This document shows positions 26,456 through 36,711 of a DNA stretch of 64,000 nucleotides, in pieces. Under the pieces are notes generated by a model that saw only the letters and a list, made by a program, of their open reading frames with translations, ran no database searches and was not told the DNA's origin. Made by a program: the position numbers and the translations under genes. The number at the start of each line of letters is the position of its first letter. Position 1 is the stretch's first letter. The stretch comes from Parcubacteria group bacterium GW2011_GWA2_47_26 (GTDB taxonomy: Bacteria; Patescibacteriota; Patescibacteriia; GWA2-47-26). The stretch is from positions 22,449 to 86,448 of the forward strand of contig LCOG01000001.1 in the NCBI GenBank assembly GCA_001001705.1, given 5' to 3'.

Positions 26456-27619
26456 CTACGGAAGAAGCAATGAATGTAAAATATCCACTTCTTCACCCGT
26501 CAATTCTGGATTATTACAGAAGTAAAATCCATTTTGATGAACAAAACGAGCATTCGTACAATGTTCTCCGGAAGAAACATATTTTCTGTAAAATGGCTGC
26601 TGCGTCATATCGCCAGCAATGATCGGACGGATCTCTACCCTATTATCTTCAAATCTTTTTTTGTATTTTTCAAGCACCTCCTTATCTTTACACACCACTG
26701 GCATAGCAAAATTCGATATACAATCCATATGCTGAACATGAAGCGGCAGTAAATCAGGATTATTTTCTGCGGCTTTTTGGAACTGCTGAAAATTCAAAGC
26801 GCGTTTTGCAACAATCTCGTCCCAATATTGAAGCTGTTCATTACCCAAAAATCCGCCGATCTCCGTTGGCCTTATATTAAAAGCTAAATCGTAAAACGTG
26901 TATCGCGCATAATGTTCACCAACATTGTGATCTTTCCGTAACGCTTGCTTTTTTGCCTCACCCAAATTCCTGTCCCAGCCGTGTGCTCGAACCATTTTCA
27001 GCATGTCCGCCAATTCCTCATCATCAGTACAAATCATTCCACCTTCGATTGTTGATAAATGATGTCCGACGAAAAAAGAAAACGTCGAAGCCATGCCAAA
27101 ATTACCCAACAACTTGCCATCCACCTTCGATCCAAGGGCTTCGCAATTGTCTTCCAACAGTAATATTTCGTTCTCATTACAAAACTCTTTCATGCGCACG
27201 ATATTATCGCTAAACCCCAACACATGGGTCAGAAAAACAGTCTTCACAGACGCAATCTGATCTTTAAGAGTTTTCCACGAAACATTCAGCGTATCCAGTC
27301 TGCAATCAATAGCCACAGGATGGAGGCCCAATTGTATGAGCGGCATCACATTGGTTGCCCATGTCAAGGCTGAAAATCCAATCGGGTCACCTTTTTTGAG
27401 CCGGCCGAGATTAAGTAAAGCTTGTATAAGGGCCAGATTGGCACTGCTCCCGCTATTGACAAAGACAGCGAATTTTCTACCCTGTTTTTTTGCAAACCCA
27501 TATTCGAACTTCGCGCACTCGGCGCTCATACTCAAAATTTCTGCTTTTGCCAAAAATGCAAGCAACTTTTTTTTGGTTTCTGGTTCGTTATAAAACGACG
27601 ATTTGACTAATTTAATCAT
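26456..27619 (-). CDS. DegT-fold PLP/PMP enzyme with His in place of the Schiff-base Lys: ColD-like GDP-4-keto-6-deoxymannose 3-dehydratase candidate
   Basis: 387 aa. FVNSGSSANLALIQAL; TFSFFVGHHLSTIEGGMICTDDEE, with HH where aminotransferases have K; VRAHGWDR. Sits between gmd and the fcl-like gene. Confidence 0.7.
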   Translation of the reverse strand: MIKLVKSSFYNEPETKKKLLAFLAKAEILSMSAECAKFEYGFAKKQGRKFAVFVNSGSSANLALIQALLNLGRLKKGDPIGFSALTWATNVMPLIQLGLHPVAIDCRLDTLNVSWKTLKDQIASVKTVFLTHVLGFSDNIVRMKEFCNENEILLLEDNCEALGSKVDGKLLGNFGMASTFSFFVGHHLSTIEGGMICTDDEELADMLKMVRAHGWDRNLGEAKKQALRKDHNVGEHYARYTFYDLAFNIRPTEIGGFLGNEQLQYWDEIVAKRALNFQQFQKAAENNPDLLPLHVQHMDCISNFAMPVVCKDKEVLEKYKKRFEDNRVEIRPIIAGDMTQQPFYRKYVSSGEHCTNARFVHQNGFYFCNNPELTGEEVDILHSLLLP

Positions 27620-27622
27620 ACG

Positions 27623-28672
27623 CTATCTATTTAAGTGCTTTTCGTTGGCAAAATCCGCATCGACCATGATTTTGACCAATTCATCAAACTTGACTTTGGG
27701 TTCCCAACCCAAAATCTTTTTCGCCTTTGAGAAATCACCAAGCAGTGCATCCACTTCAGCAGGTCGAAAATATCGCGGATCAATGCCAATAATTACCTTA
27801 TTTGCCTTTCGGTCAATTCCTTTTTCATTAATTCCATCTCCCTCCCAAACCAAATCAATTTCAAGCTGCTTGGCAGCGGCTTCTGTGAATTCACGCACGG
27901 AATGAGATTCCCCGGTTGCCAACACATAGTCATCGCCTGTAGGTTGTTGAAGCATAAGCCACATACCTTCCATAAAATCTTTGGCATACCCCCAATCCCG
28001 TTTTGAGTGTAAATTTCCAAGATACAATTTTTCATCCACACCCAATTTTATTCTGGATAATCCACGGGTAATTTTTCTGGTAACAAATGTTTCGCCGCGT
28101 CGAGGAGACTCATGATTAAATAATATCCCATTGGAAGCATGGATACCGTACGCTTCACGATAGTTTTTTGTGACCCAATAGGCAAACACTTTCGCGCAGC
28201 CATAGGGACTTCGAGGATAAAATGGCGTAGTCTCTTTTTGCGGAATTTCCAGAGCTTTCCCAAACATCTCCGATGACGACGCCTGATAGTATTTTGTTTT
28301 AATACCGCTTTCCTTAATGGCATCTAACATCCTAATTGCTCCCAATCCGTCAATATCAGCTGTATATTCCGGAATATCAAAACTGACCCGTACATGGCTC
28401 TGCGCGCCCAAATTATAAATTTCGTCAGGCTGGATTTTTTCGATCAATCGAGAAAGATTGCTGGCATCAGACAAATCGCCATAATGCAAAAAAAACTTCT
28501 TATTTTCTTCATGTAACTCTTGGAAAATATGATCAACACGCGAGGTATTAAAAGTACTGGCCCGCCTGATAATACCATGCACCTCATACCCCTTATCTAA
28601 CAGCAACTCGGCTAAATAACTGCCGTCTTGTCCGGTGATACCGGTAATAAGGGCTTTTTTCATACCGATCAT
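27623..28672 (-). CDS. gmd: GDP-mannose 4,6-dehydratase
   Basis: [72 protein letters not shown]. Confidence 0.95.
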   Translation of the reverse strand: MIGMKKALITGITGQDGSYLAELLLDKGYEVHGIIRRASTFNTSRVDHIFQELHEENKKFFLHYGDLSDASNLSRLIEKIQPDEIYNLGAQSHVRVSFDIPEYTADIDGLGAIRMLDAIKESGIKTKYYQASSSEMFGKALEIPQKETTPFYPRSPYGCAKVFAYWVTKNYREAYGIHASNGILFNHESPRRGETFVTRKITRGLSRIKLGVDEKLYLGNLHSKRDWGYAKDFMEGMWLMLQQPTGDDYVLATGESHSVREFTEAAAKQLEIDLVWEGDGINEKGIDRKANKVIIGIDPRYFRPAEVDALLGDFSKAKKILGWEPKVKFDELVKIMVDADFANEKHLNR

Positions 28673-28677
28673 ACAAT

Positions 28678-29763
28678 TTATGCTTTGATGATGTTAATAA
28701 AACGACGACAAAACTCCTCCTGCCCCTCATCAGTGCAAAGTACCCTCTTATACTCCTCCTGCGCGTTACGCGCCAATTCTATCATATCTTGCGGATGTTG
28801 TAAAGCATACTCCATCTGTTGCTCAAAATCTGAAAGATTCCAAACAAAGGGCAGATAGGTTTGCCCTGTAATCCAGAGATCCGGCCAGGTTTCAAGATGA
28901 TCCATATTTTGCTTGATCATGGCTGATCCGCAGATTATAATTTCAAAATCGCGATAACAAATCTCCCCAAATCCAAATGGAGAAATCGCAAAAATGGATT
29001 GGCATAGCTCTTTAAAATATTCTTTCTTCGGTAAACGGTCCATAACTATCTTACCGTTTAACAAACGCTTAATTTCGCGACGTGAACAACCAACCGTCTC
29101 TCTTGAGTAGGACATTCCAATGCGACCGCTGCATAAGACTGGCCTTTTAGCTGACGGCTTATGCCAGCGGTGGGGATAAAATCGGGGAAGCACACCAAAT
29201 TTATGCCAAATTTTTCCAAGTGCTTCACCATAATAACCGTAATTAGCTAATCCATAATTCCATCCGATACCTATTTTCTTTAAATCTTCTTCATTGGGGA
29301 TATGATTAAGATGCGGCGCGCCCGGGTCTTGATCGTTAATTTCAAATTGTTGATGATAAAAATCAGTAAAAATCCGTGAACCATAGTACTTTTTCTTATA
29401 TCCCTGCCGATCTTTCAGTACTTGATTTTTCGCGTAATAATCCACATACGGCAAGACCATAAATTTGGCAGACCCGGTACTGTCACCCGTATCAAACCAA
29501 ACCACCCGACCAACTTTCCGCTTCGCATCTTCAAGAAATTTAAAAAGATCTTCTCTTTTAGATTCTTCCCACCATGATTTGAAAAACTCACTGCCCAGGC
29601 AAAGCACATCACAATCAAAAAGTTTAGGAGAAATCGATGAATAAAATTCAAGTGTTACTCCATAATGTTTTAATCGCCCACGATTATACATCAATGGAAA
29701 TACAAATGCCTCGCCATTACGCGTGTAGTACTTTCCATCCTGCAGAACATAAACTTTTGTCAT
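28678..29763 (-). CDS. Hypothetical protein, possible CgeB/Glyco_trans_1_2-like glycosyltransferase
   Basis: 361 aa. Only the C-terminal [26 protein letters not shown] resembles a GT-B catalytic-half motif. Confidence 0.4.
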   Translation of the reverse strand: MTKVYVLQDGKYYTRNGEAFVFPLMYNRGRLKHYGVTLEFYSSISPKLFDCDVLCLGSEFFKSWWEESKREDLFKFLEDAKRKVGRVVWFDTGDSTGSAKFMVLPYVDYYAKNQVLKDRQGYKKKYYGSRIFTDFYHQQFEINDQDPGAPHLNHIPNEEDLKKIGIGWNYGLANYGYYGEALGKIWHKFGVLPRFYPHRWHKPSAKRPVLCSGRIGMSYSRETVGCSRREIKRLLNGKIVMDRLPKKEYFKELCQSIFAISPFGFGEICYRDFEIIICGSAMIKQNMDHLETWPDLWITGQTYLPFVWNLSDFEQQMEYALQHPQDMIELARNAQEEYKRVLCTDEGQEEFCRRFINIIKA

Positions 29764-29785
29764 ACTTCATTGGAACTAATATACT

Positions 29786-31612
29786 CTACCGCTTCGCAGC
29801 ATAATCATGGCATAAAGAGATGCGTCGTTTATTCCATTGGTCAAAATGTAGCATTGTATACATAATATGCTGCACATGCCTTTTTGATAATCCTGAATAC
29901 AAATCAAAATCAAAAACAGACTTAATATGTGGAAACATAATTTCTTTTTCAAGATCAAACGCATCATACTCCGACCGTAATTCCTTTAACACTCCACTCG
30001 CTCCCCAAAGTCTGGCCAGGTCTGGCCAACTGCCGTAGGTGGCGATTGGATTTGAAGCGCACATTTCAAGCGGCGCTTTAAACATCCATCGGCGCGGTGG
30101 GAGATGTTTTGCAGTAATAATAATCTCATTCAGCCATGAAGACCTAAATAAAGGAAGTTGAGTCACCGCGTTTGGAATATGCGCTGTTTTTCTCAAAAAC
30201 GGCCACATTGCTTTATTAAATAATTTTCCGTTTATTTTTATTTTCTGTGAAGCAACGCGAGCAATCTCAATCACAGAACGATCTGTAAATACCTCAAAAG
30301 AAGAATAATTAAAAATATTTGTTGTTAAATTCGCATTATGCTGATTTCTTGAAAACGGCCACATCCAACTCCATTCCCAGGCCGATCCATCTTCTCTTAA
30401 GTTATTCCAATACTCCATGGTTTCTTTTCTTCTTTTTATCACTTCATCCAAAATATCCGGCTTAAATAAAAAAGAAAATCTTTTTATGTATTCTTTCCCT
30501 CCCCTAAGATATGTAGAATCTGTAGGATCAAATTTCTCAAGTGGGCCCAAATGCCTACCAAGAAAAATTTTTCCAGTTACATTTGCTTCATGCAGTTTTA
30601 AAAGTGTATCCGACATGTATCCCCCAAGCACCGCATCAAATCCATAGGATTTGATGCTATCCAAAAATCCTAAATGCACCGCGCGAGTGAATGTAGAATG
30701 CGGCCCTTCCAAACCAATATACGAACCCACTACATGAGGATAGTATTCGGGGTCTCTTAAAAAGAGCTCGTGTTCAAGACCATTTACTTTCGCAACCTCG
30801 CGGGCAATGCCGGATTCTGTATTTTCTACATCGGTTACAGTAATGCCTTTACCTTTAATTTCAAAATGTGCCATCAAACCGGCAAGAGCGCGGGAATCAA
30901 TTCCACCGCTCAAAAACAGCCCAACATTTTTTTTACCATCCAAAATACCTTCGCTTGCGTTTAAAATACCTTTACGCAGTTCTTGCGATAATCCTTGAAT
31001 ATCGCTTGACCCCTCATTGTTGCGGCAGGATGGCTGCCAATATTGAAACTCTGATGCAAATACTTCCCGATCATGTGTTATTCTTATGCAGGAAGCGTAA
31101 GAAACTTCTTTTATCCCAAGATATGCAGTATAAGGGTAGGTCATTGAAACATTTATCATATATTCAGCAATAGAGGTATAATCAACATCGTCATTCCTGC
31201 CAGTTATCAAAGCTAAACGATCAACATCAGTCGAAAAAGCGATCCCGCTTCCGTCGATAAATCGGCTTTGATAAAGATGAAAAGAATTGCCCAAATCCGT
31301 AATAATATGGCACTGCGAATTTGCGTCATCTTTCACTATTATAAAAAAATTTCCGGCAAGATAATTTCCCCATTTGTTACTATCCCGTTCTTTCAACAAT
31401 TCTTGCACCAATGGAGCAGATTTTTCATTTCCCTCCTCTTTAAACACCTCATCTTGGGCAATTCCGGAAATACTATTGCGCTGGTAAAGTCGCGGAGCGC
31501 CTTTGATATAGATCACTTTGTCTGCTTTGGTGCGGACATTACCATACCCAGAATAATGATTTTCAAGCTCAACCGCGCAATATTGATTTTTTACTGCCAC
31601 AAAGGAGTGCAT
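29786..31612 (-). CDS. Asparagine-synthase-family protein lacking the N-terminal Cys nucleophile
   Basis: 608 aa. Begins MHSFVAV at an ATG. LFLSGGIDSRALAGL PP-loop and an AsnB-type synthetase domain. Confidence 0.75.
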   Translation of the reverse strand: MHSFVAVKNQYCAVELENHYSGYGNVRTKADKVIYIKGAPRLYQRNSISGIAQDEVFKEEGNEKSAPLVQELLKERDSNKWGNYLAGNFFIIVKDDANSQCHIITDLGNSFHLYQSRFIDGSGIAFSTDVDRLALITGRNDDVDYTSIAEYMINVSMTYPYTAYLGIKEVSYASCIRITHDREVFASEFQYWQPSCRNNEGSSDIQGLSQELRKGILNASEGILDGKKNVGLFLSGGIDSRALAGLMAHFEIKGKGITVTDVENTESGIAREVAKVNGLEHELFLRDPEYYPHVVGSYIGLEGPHSTFTRAVHLGFLDSIKSYGFDAVLGGYMSDTLLKLHEANVTGKIFLGRHLGPLEKFDPTDSTYLRGGKEYIKRFSFLFKPDILDEVIKRRKETMEYWNNLREDGSAWEWSWMWPFSRNQHNANLTTNIFNYSSFEVFTDRSVIEIARVASQKIKINGKLFNKAMWPFLRKTAHIPNAVTQLPLFRSSWLNEIIITAKHLPPRRWMFKAPLEMCASNPIATYGSWPDLARLWGASGVLKELRSEYDAFDLEKEIMFPHIKSVFDFDLYSGLSKRHVQHIMYTMLHFDQWNKRRISLCHDYAAKR

Positions 31613-31621
31613 TGTAAAAAA

Positions 31622-32659
31622 TTACAAAATATCCTTAGGAGAAGGGTGACCGTTAAATGATCCCAGGCGAGGCATTGGCATTTTCCGGTTATTGAATACT
31701 ATTGACGGTTGATCATTCAGGATTCCCTTAAAATAATCCACGGTCTTTTTCATTCCTTCTATTACTGGAACAGTCGGCTGCCAATTCAGCTTTAATTTAG
31801 CCAGAGAAATATCCGGTCTGCGTTGCTTGGGATCATCAGCTGGGAGGGGTAAAAATTTAATCTGGCTCGTAGAACCGATAAGCCCTAAAATCTTCTTGGC
31901 ATAATTAAGAATTGTATACTCTTCTGGATTACCAATATTAACTGGCCCATAAAAATCCTTTACCTCCATCAATGCCGTCAAGCCAGCGATTAAATCGCTT
32001 ACATATTGAAAACTGCGCGTCTGCGTTCCATCTCCAAAAATAGTGATGTCCCTGCCTCTTAGCGCCTGAACAATAAAATTAGATACAACTCGTCCATCAT
32101 CAAATGCCATCCGTGGTCCGTAAGTGTTAAAAATCCGCGCCACGCGCACATCAACATTATATTGTCGCCGATAATCCCAGCAAATCGTTTCAGCGCATCT
32201 CTTTCCTTCATCATAACAAGCGCGCGGTGACAATACATTCACATTGCCGCGGTATTCTTCGATTTGTGGATGAACTGCCGGGTCACCATATACTTCAGAG
32301 GTAGAAGCGTGCACTACTCTGGCACCTAATCGCCGGGCCAGCTCCAGAACATTAATCATTCCCTGAACATTGGTCTTTACCGTCTGCACCGGATCAATCT
32401 GATAATAGTAAGGAGAGGCCGGACACGCAAGATGATAAATCTCATCTACCTCAAAAGACATTGGCATATTTACATCATGCCGAATCAATTCAAAGCGCTC
32501 GCTCCCCAGTAGGTGACGGATGTTGCTTTTTGAGCCGGTAAAAAAATTGTCAAGGCAAAGTACTTCGTGACCAACTTCATGAAGCGCATCGCATAAATGC
32601 GAACCAACAAAACCCGCACCACCGGTCACCAGAATTGTTTTCTTGAAAAAAGAAGCCAT
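31622..32659 (-). CDS. uxs: UDP-glucuronate decarboxylase (UDP-xylose synthase)
   Basis: Start at [22 protein letters not shown] (ATG 32659). [39 protein letters not shown]. Confidence 0.9.
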   Translation of the reverse strand: MASFFKKTILVTGGAGFVGSHLCDALHEVGHEVLCLDNFFTGSKSNIRHLLGSERFELIRHDVNMPMSFEVDEIYHLACPASPYYYQIDPVQTVKTNVQGMINVLELARRLGARVVHASTSEVYGDPAVHPQIEEYRGNVNVLSPRACYDEGKRCAETICWDYRRQYNVDVRVARIFNTYGPRMAFDDGRVVSNFIVQALRGRDITIFGDGTQTRSFQYVSDLIAGLTALMEVKDFYGPVNIGNPEEYTILNYAKKILGLIGSTSQIKFLPLPADDPKQRRPDISLAKLKLNWQPTVPVIEGMKKTVDYFKGILNDQPSIVFNNRKMPMPRLGSFNGHPSPKDIL

Positions 32660-32759
32660 AGGTATATTGAAAACGTTCACGATCGGATAATTTATCTTAC
32701 AACATAGTGTGCGGGGTATCAATCTGCCGCACGCGCTCTACCGGAACTCCTTTAAAATT

Positions 32760-33338
32760 TCATACTTCAACCAACTTGCCTTCTTTAACTACATACCTGC
32801 TTTTGCAGTCTATACATATAAGCACATCATCCGTTTGGAGCGGCACGCCGCATTTACATACCCACCCCGCTTGTCTTGCAGGAACTCCGCGCACCAATGC
32901 ATAATCCGGCACATCCCTAGTTACAACTGCTCCGGCACCAATAAGAGCATACCGTCCGATTGTAACCCCACACAAAATCGTCGCATTCGCACCAATCGTC
33001 GCACCATGCCGAACTCGCGTAGGACGAAATTTATCTTTTCGCTCAATAAACGCCCGAGGAGTGATTACATTGGTAAACACGCATGAGGGACCGCAAAAGA
33101 CTTCATCTTCCAGCATAGTTCCTTTGTAAAGGGAAACATTATTTTGGATTTTACAACGATTTCCTATCGTCACATCCGGCCCAATCATAACATTTTGTCC
33201 GATCACACATGATTTTCCAATTACACTTCCCCCAAGTATATGCGAAAAGTGCCAAATCTTCGTACCCTCTCCTATAGTCACCAATTCATCTACATAGGAA
33301 GATCCGTGTACGAAAAATGGTGAAACGGTATTTGTCAT
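32760..33338 (-). CDS. Left-handed beta-helix N-acetyltransferase (WbpD/WlbB-like)
   Basis: Hexapeptide repeats throughout, e.g. IGEGTKIWHFSHI, IGQNVMIGPDVTIGNRCKIQNNVSLY and IGANATILCGVTIGRYALIGAGAVV. Confidence 0.85.
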   Translation of the reverse strand: MTNTVSPFFVHGSSYVDELVTIGEGTKIWHFSHILGGSVIGKSCVIGQNVMIGPDVTIGNRCKIQNNVSLYKGTMLEDEVFCGPSCVFTNVITPRAFIERKDKFRPTRVRHGATIGANATILCGVTIGRYALIGAGAVVTRDVPDYALVRGVPARQAGWVCKCGVPLQTDDVLICIDCKSRYVVKEGKLVEV

Positions 33339-33341
33339 AGA

Positions 33342-34316
33342 TTATGAAATAAGTGACTCTTGGGCACGTTGAAGAACGCGCAACACCCGCAATCCTTCCT
33401 CTCCATCAGTTCGAGGCAGTTTGCGTTCACGCACGCATTCAAGAAAATGGGTTAACTCTTCTTTGAGGGGTTCGGCATCATTAAATTCAATTACCCGATG
33501 TTCTGCTTTATGAGCAATGGGAATAAAACCGTTTTTCATCTCAATGGTATGCGGATAAAGGCAAAGTTTGTTCTCTGCACAATCATCAAATACTGCCATC
33601 GCTTTGGACCCCACCACCACAAACCGTTGCTCTTTATAAGGATGCAGCCAACTGACAAACACGTGGCCCTTTATACTATTTTGAAATGAAATGAGCGTCA
33701 ATGTAGTATCATGTATTGCTTCACTAACATACGCGCCGCCCCAGGCATGCACTTCCTTCGGCTCCTCGCCGACCATAGAGAGCATGATTGAGATGTCATG
33801 CGGAGCAAAACTCCAAAGCACATTTTCTTCTGTGCGAAGCTTTCCAATATTGAGACGATTGGAATACAAATAACGGAGATTACCAAGTTCACCACTGCGC
33901 GCCAGGGTATATAATGCGCGCATTGCCGGATGATATTGCAAAAGATGTCCAACCATCAAAATTTTATTTCGCGCGCGAGCAATTTGTACAAGAGATTCTC
34001 CCTCCTCCACCCGCAGTGCGAGGGGCTTTTCAACAAAAACGTCTTTACCTGCCTCCAGCGCCTGACGCGCAAACGCATAATGCATAACAGCGGGAGCGGC
34101 AATTGCAATGGCCTCAATTTCGGGATCATTAAAAAGATCCTCTGGCTTTTTTGTATAGCGCACGTCGGGGGCCTCTGCGATTCTCTGTGCAATAATCTCA
34201 TCCGAGGTGTCACAGGCATATTTTAAAACTCCCAATTCAATAAAATTGCGCAAAAGATTTTTTCCCCAATATCCCAGACCAATAAGACCTACTTGCGGTG
34301 CGTCTAATTTCGACAT
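33342..34316 (-). CDS. Gfo/Idh/MocA oxidoreductase (WbpB-like 3-dehydrogenase)
   Basis: Start at MSKLDAPQVGLIGLGYWGKNL (ATG 34316). VFVEKPLA. Confidence 0.85.
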   Translation of the reverse strand: MSKLDAPQVGLIGLGYWGKNLLRNFIELGVLKYACDTSDEIIAQRIAEAPDVRYTKKPEDLFNDPEIEAIAIAAPAVMHYAFARQALEAGKDVFVEKPLALRVEEGESLVQIARARNKILMVGHLLQYHPAMRALYTLARSGELGNLRYLYSNRLNIGKLRTEENVLWSFAPHDISIMLSMVGEEPKEVHAWGGAYVSEAIHDTTLTLISFQNSIKGHVFVSWLHPYKEQRFVVVGSKAMAVFDDCAENKLCLYPHTIEMKNGFIPIAHKAEHRVIEFNDAEPLKEELTHFLECVRERKLPRTDGEEGLRVLRVLQRAQESLIS

Positions 34317-35539
34317 ATATTCTCTAACAATGTCCACTCCCGCGCAATGCGTGATTTCCAACTCTCTAAAATAGTATTGCTTAATACCTTGGTGCGCCGC
34401 GCACACTCTTGGATGCGTTCAGGGTGATTTAATAAATCCGCAATTTTGACCGCCAGATCTTCTGCAATGCGCATGCGATCTACTCGCAACACTATATCTT
34501 CCGGTAGGAGCTCATCCGTATCAGTGTCAACTATCCTATCACCTTTAAGCACAATTGTACATATTCCGGCGACTAATGCCTCCAGCACGGTATTGCTCAA
34601 ATTGCCAAGCGTATTTAGTGATACATAGATATCCGAATTATTATAAAAACGCTGTGTCTCGCTATGGGAAGCGTGTCCAGCAAGTATAACTGCCCCATTC
34701 AAACCATAACGCGCAAGGCGACTCTTCACCTCTCCTTCAAGCACTCCCGTTCCAACCATAGTGACGGTGAACCTGACAGACGTCCGTCTCTCGCGCATTA
34801 ATCGCAATGCTTCAATAAATTCCAAACACCCTTTATCAGAATCAAGGCGCCCCACAAAAAGAATGCGCACCGGATCGTGTAAAATATGATCTACATCGGC
34901 CCGCGAAATCTCATCTACACCATTGAGTAACATAACATGCGGCACCTTTTTATTTAAAAATGCTTTCAGCACATATGAAACCGGACTACCATCTTTTGAA
35001 CAGATAACATAAGAAAACGGTGCGCGTATGGCGAAATATTGAATCGGGTGAAGGATTGCGTTTCTGCAACGCTCATACAACTCTCCCAAACGCGCAACTC
35101 CAAGCATCCGTACTACCACCTTGAAATGCGTACCCCATGCAAAGATTGCGCCCAATCCCAAATGTGCGCGATCACAATAGACAAGGCTCGGTCGTAGTTT
35201 ATAAACGCGCCATACCGCAATAATGGAATGGATGAAATTTGTAACCAGCGCGTCAATTCTTAAAACGCCAGTTAAAGAGTAAAATGGGATGATCACGAAA
35301 GTAATCGCTGACAATGCGTTAATCCTATGCTCCATGACGCGACGTATCTCTGCGCTCTCCCTAGGTGTTTTACAGAACAGCAACACGGTACTCTCTTTTC
35401 CCTGCCGCGCGGCATGTTCTAAGAGTTTATAAATCGCGGGTACACCCTGCGGATTCCATATTCCATTTTTTACAGAACGCAACCCGCTAAAAAAACGGAA
35501 TATAAAAACGAATTGTCTACTTGAGGATTGATTCTCCAT
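34304..35539 (-). CDS. Glycosyltransferase family 4
   Basis: ILFVGRLDSDKGCLEFIEAL and GNLSNTVLEALVAGICTIV. Confidence 0.75.
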   Translation of the reverse strand: MENQSSSRQFVFIFRFFSGLRSVKNGIWNPQGVPAIYKLLEHAARQGKESTVLLFCKTPRESAEIRRVMEHRINALSAITFVIIPFYSLTGVLRIDALVTNFIHSIIAVWRVYKLRPSLVYCDRAHLGLGAIFAWGTHFKVVVRMLGVARLGELYERCRNAILHPIQYFAIRAPFSYVICSKDGSPVSYVLKAFLNKKVPHVMLLNGVDEISRADVDHILHDPVRILFVGRLDSDKGCLEFIEALRLMRERRTSVRFTVTMVGTGVLEGEVKSRLARYGLNGAVILAGHASHSETQRFYNNSDIYVSLNTLGNLSNTVLEALVAGICTIVLKGDRIVDTDTDELLPEDIVLRVDRMRIAEDLAVKIADLLNHPERIQECARRTKVLSNTILESWKSRIAREWTLLENICRN

Positions 35540-35564
35540 ATGTTGGCAATAATTACATCCGACA

Positions 35565-36710
35565 TCATGGCTCCTGTGTAATCGCCTGAGCTACTGTCGT
35601 ACATTCCTCCAGAGTTAGAAATGGACCCATGGGCAAATTGAGAACATGCGTTGCAGCTTCCTCAGCGTGAACAAGACTACCCCCGACTCTACTACGCCCA
35701 GCTCCAAAAACCACCATGGTGTGTAGTGGCTTTGGATAATAAACATTGGTAGAGATTCCATGCGCCAACAAACGCTCGCAGAGTTGGCTACGGTTGTCTG
35801 GATTAACTTTGATTGTGTATTGATGAAAAACATGATGAGCACCCTCTGCTTGGTATGGAATCTCCGTCCCGGAGACTGATTGCAAGGTTGCATCATACCA
35901 TTTCGCAACTGCACGGCGTTTTTCATTAAATACATCCACATGGGGTAATTTCGCAAGCAGGATTGCTGCCTGCAAGGTATCTAATCGCGCATTATATCCA
36001 ATGTGCTCCGGATTATATTTATCTTTTCCCCCATGCTGTAAAAGCATGCGTACATATTCCGCCAAAATTTTATCATCAGTTGCGATCATTCCAGCATCAC
36101 CGCAAGCGCCCAGATTTTTGGAAGGGAAAAAACTGAACGCTCCCATTGTCCCGATGGTGCCAACTTTTTGATTGCGCCATCGTGCTCCAAATGCTTGCGC
36201 CGTATCTTCTAGAACAAAACATTTGTATGTATTTGCCACTTCCATAATTGCATCCATATTGCACGGCTGTCCGTACAGATGCACCGGAACGATTCCCACC
36301 ACCTGTCCTGCAGGACTACGCTCGAGATAACTACGGATCGCTGCCGGATCAATATTAAATGTGCGTGGGTCGATATCCACAAATACCGGCGTAGCGCCCG
36401 CACGGAGAATTGCATCGCTCGTGGCGATAAATGTAAATGGTGTGGTAATAATTTCATCAGATGAATCAAAAAATTCCTTGCCTTTTAATTTCAAGGCTAA
36501 AGCTCGTAAACTGAGCACCAACGCATCGGTACCAGACGAAATTCCAATACAATGTGTTGACCCTAAATAATGTGAAGCTGCTTTTTCAAACTCTTCAACC
36601 TCCTTACCAAGAATCCAGTGCTGATGGACAAAACAACGCTGGACTGCCGTATCAATATCTTCTTTCATGCATTCGTACTCTCGCGATAAATTAAGCATTG
36701 GAATTTGCAT
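35565..36710 (-). CDS. DegT/DnrJ/EryC1 sugar aminotransferase (WbpE-like)
   Basis: ATG 36710 (MQIPMLNLSREY), 1 nt after the upstream stop. GISSGTDALVLSL and FSFFPSKNLGACGDAGM, with the PLP Lys present. Confidence 0.9.
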   Translation of the reverse strand: MQIPMLNLSREYECMKEDIDTAVQRCFVHQHWILGKEVEEFEKAASHYLGSTHCIGISSGTDALVLSLRALALKLKGKEFFDSSDEIITTPFTFIATSDAILRAGATPVFVDIDPRTFNIDPAAIRSYLERSPAGQVVGIVPVHLYGQPCNMDAIMEVANTYKCFVLEDTAQAFGARWRNQKVGTIGTMGAFSFFPSKNLGACGDAGMIATDDKILAEYVRMLLQHGGKDKYNPEHIGYNARLDTLQAAILLAKLPHVDVFNEKRRAVAKWYDATLQSVSGTEIPYQAEGAHHVFHQYTIKVNPDNRSQLCERLLAHGISTNVYYPKPLHTMVVFGAGRSRVGGSLVHAEEAATHVLNLPMGPFLTLEECTTVAQAITQEP

Positions 36711-36711
36711 A

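Noticed and set aside
32706-32729. Hairpin gtgcgg(n12)ccgcac in the 100-nt gap after the acetyltransferase gene, as a possible terminator
   Set aside because: It has only a 6-bp stem and a 12-nt loop, with no downstream U-tract on the minus strand. I also could not find a convincing promoter hexamer pair in this gap.
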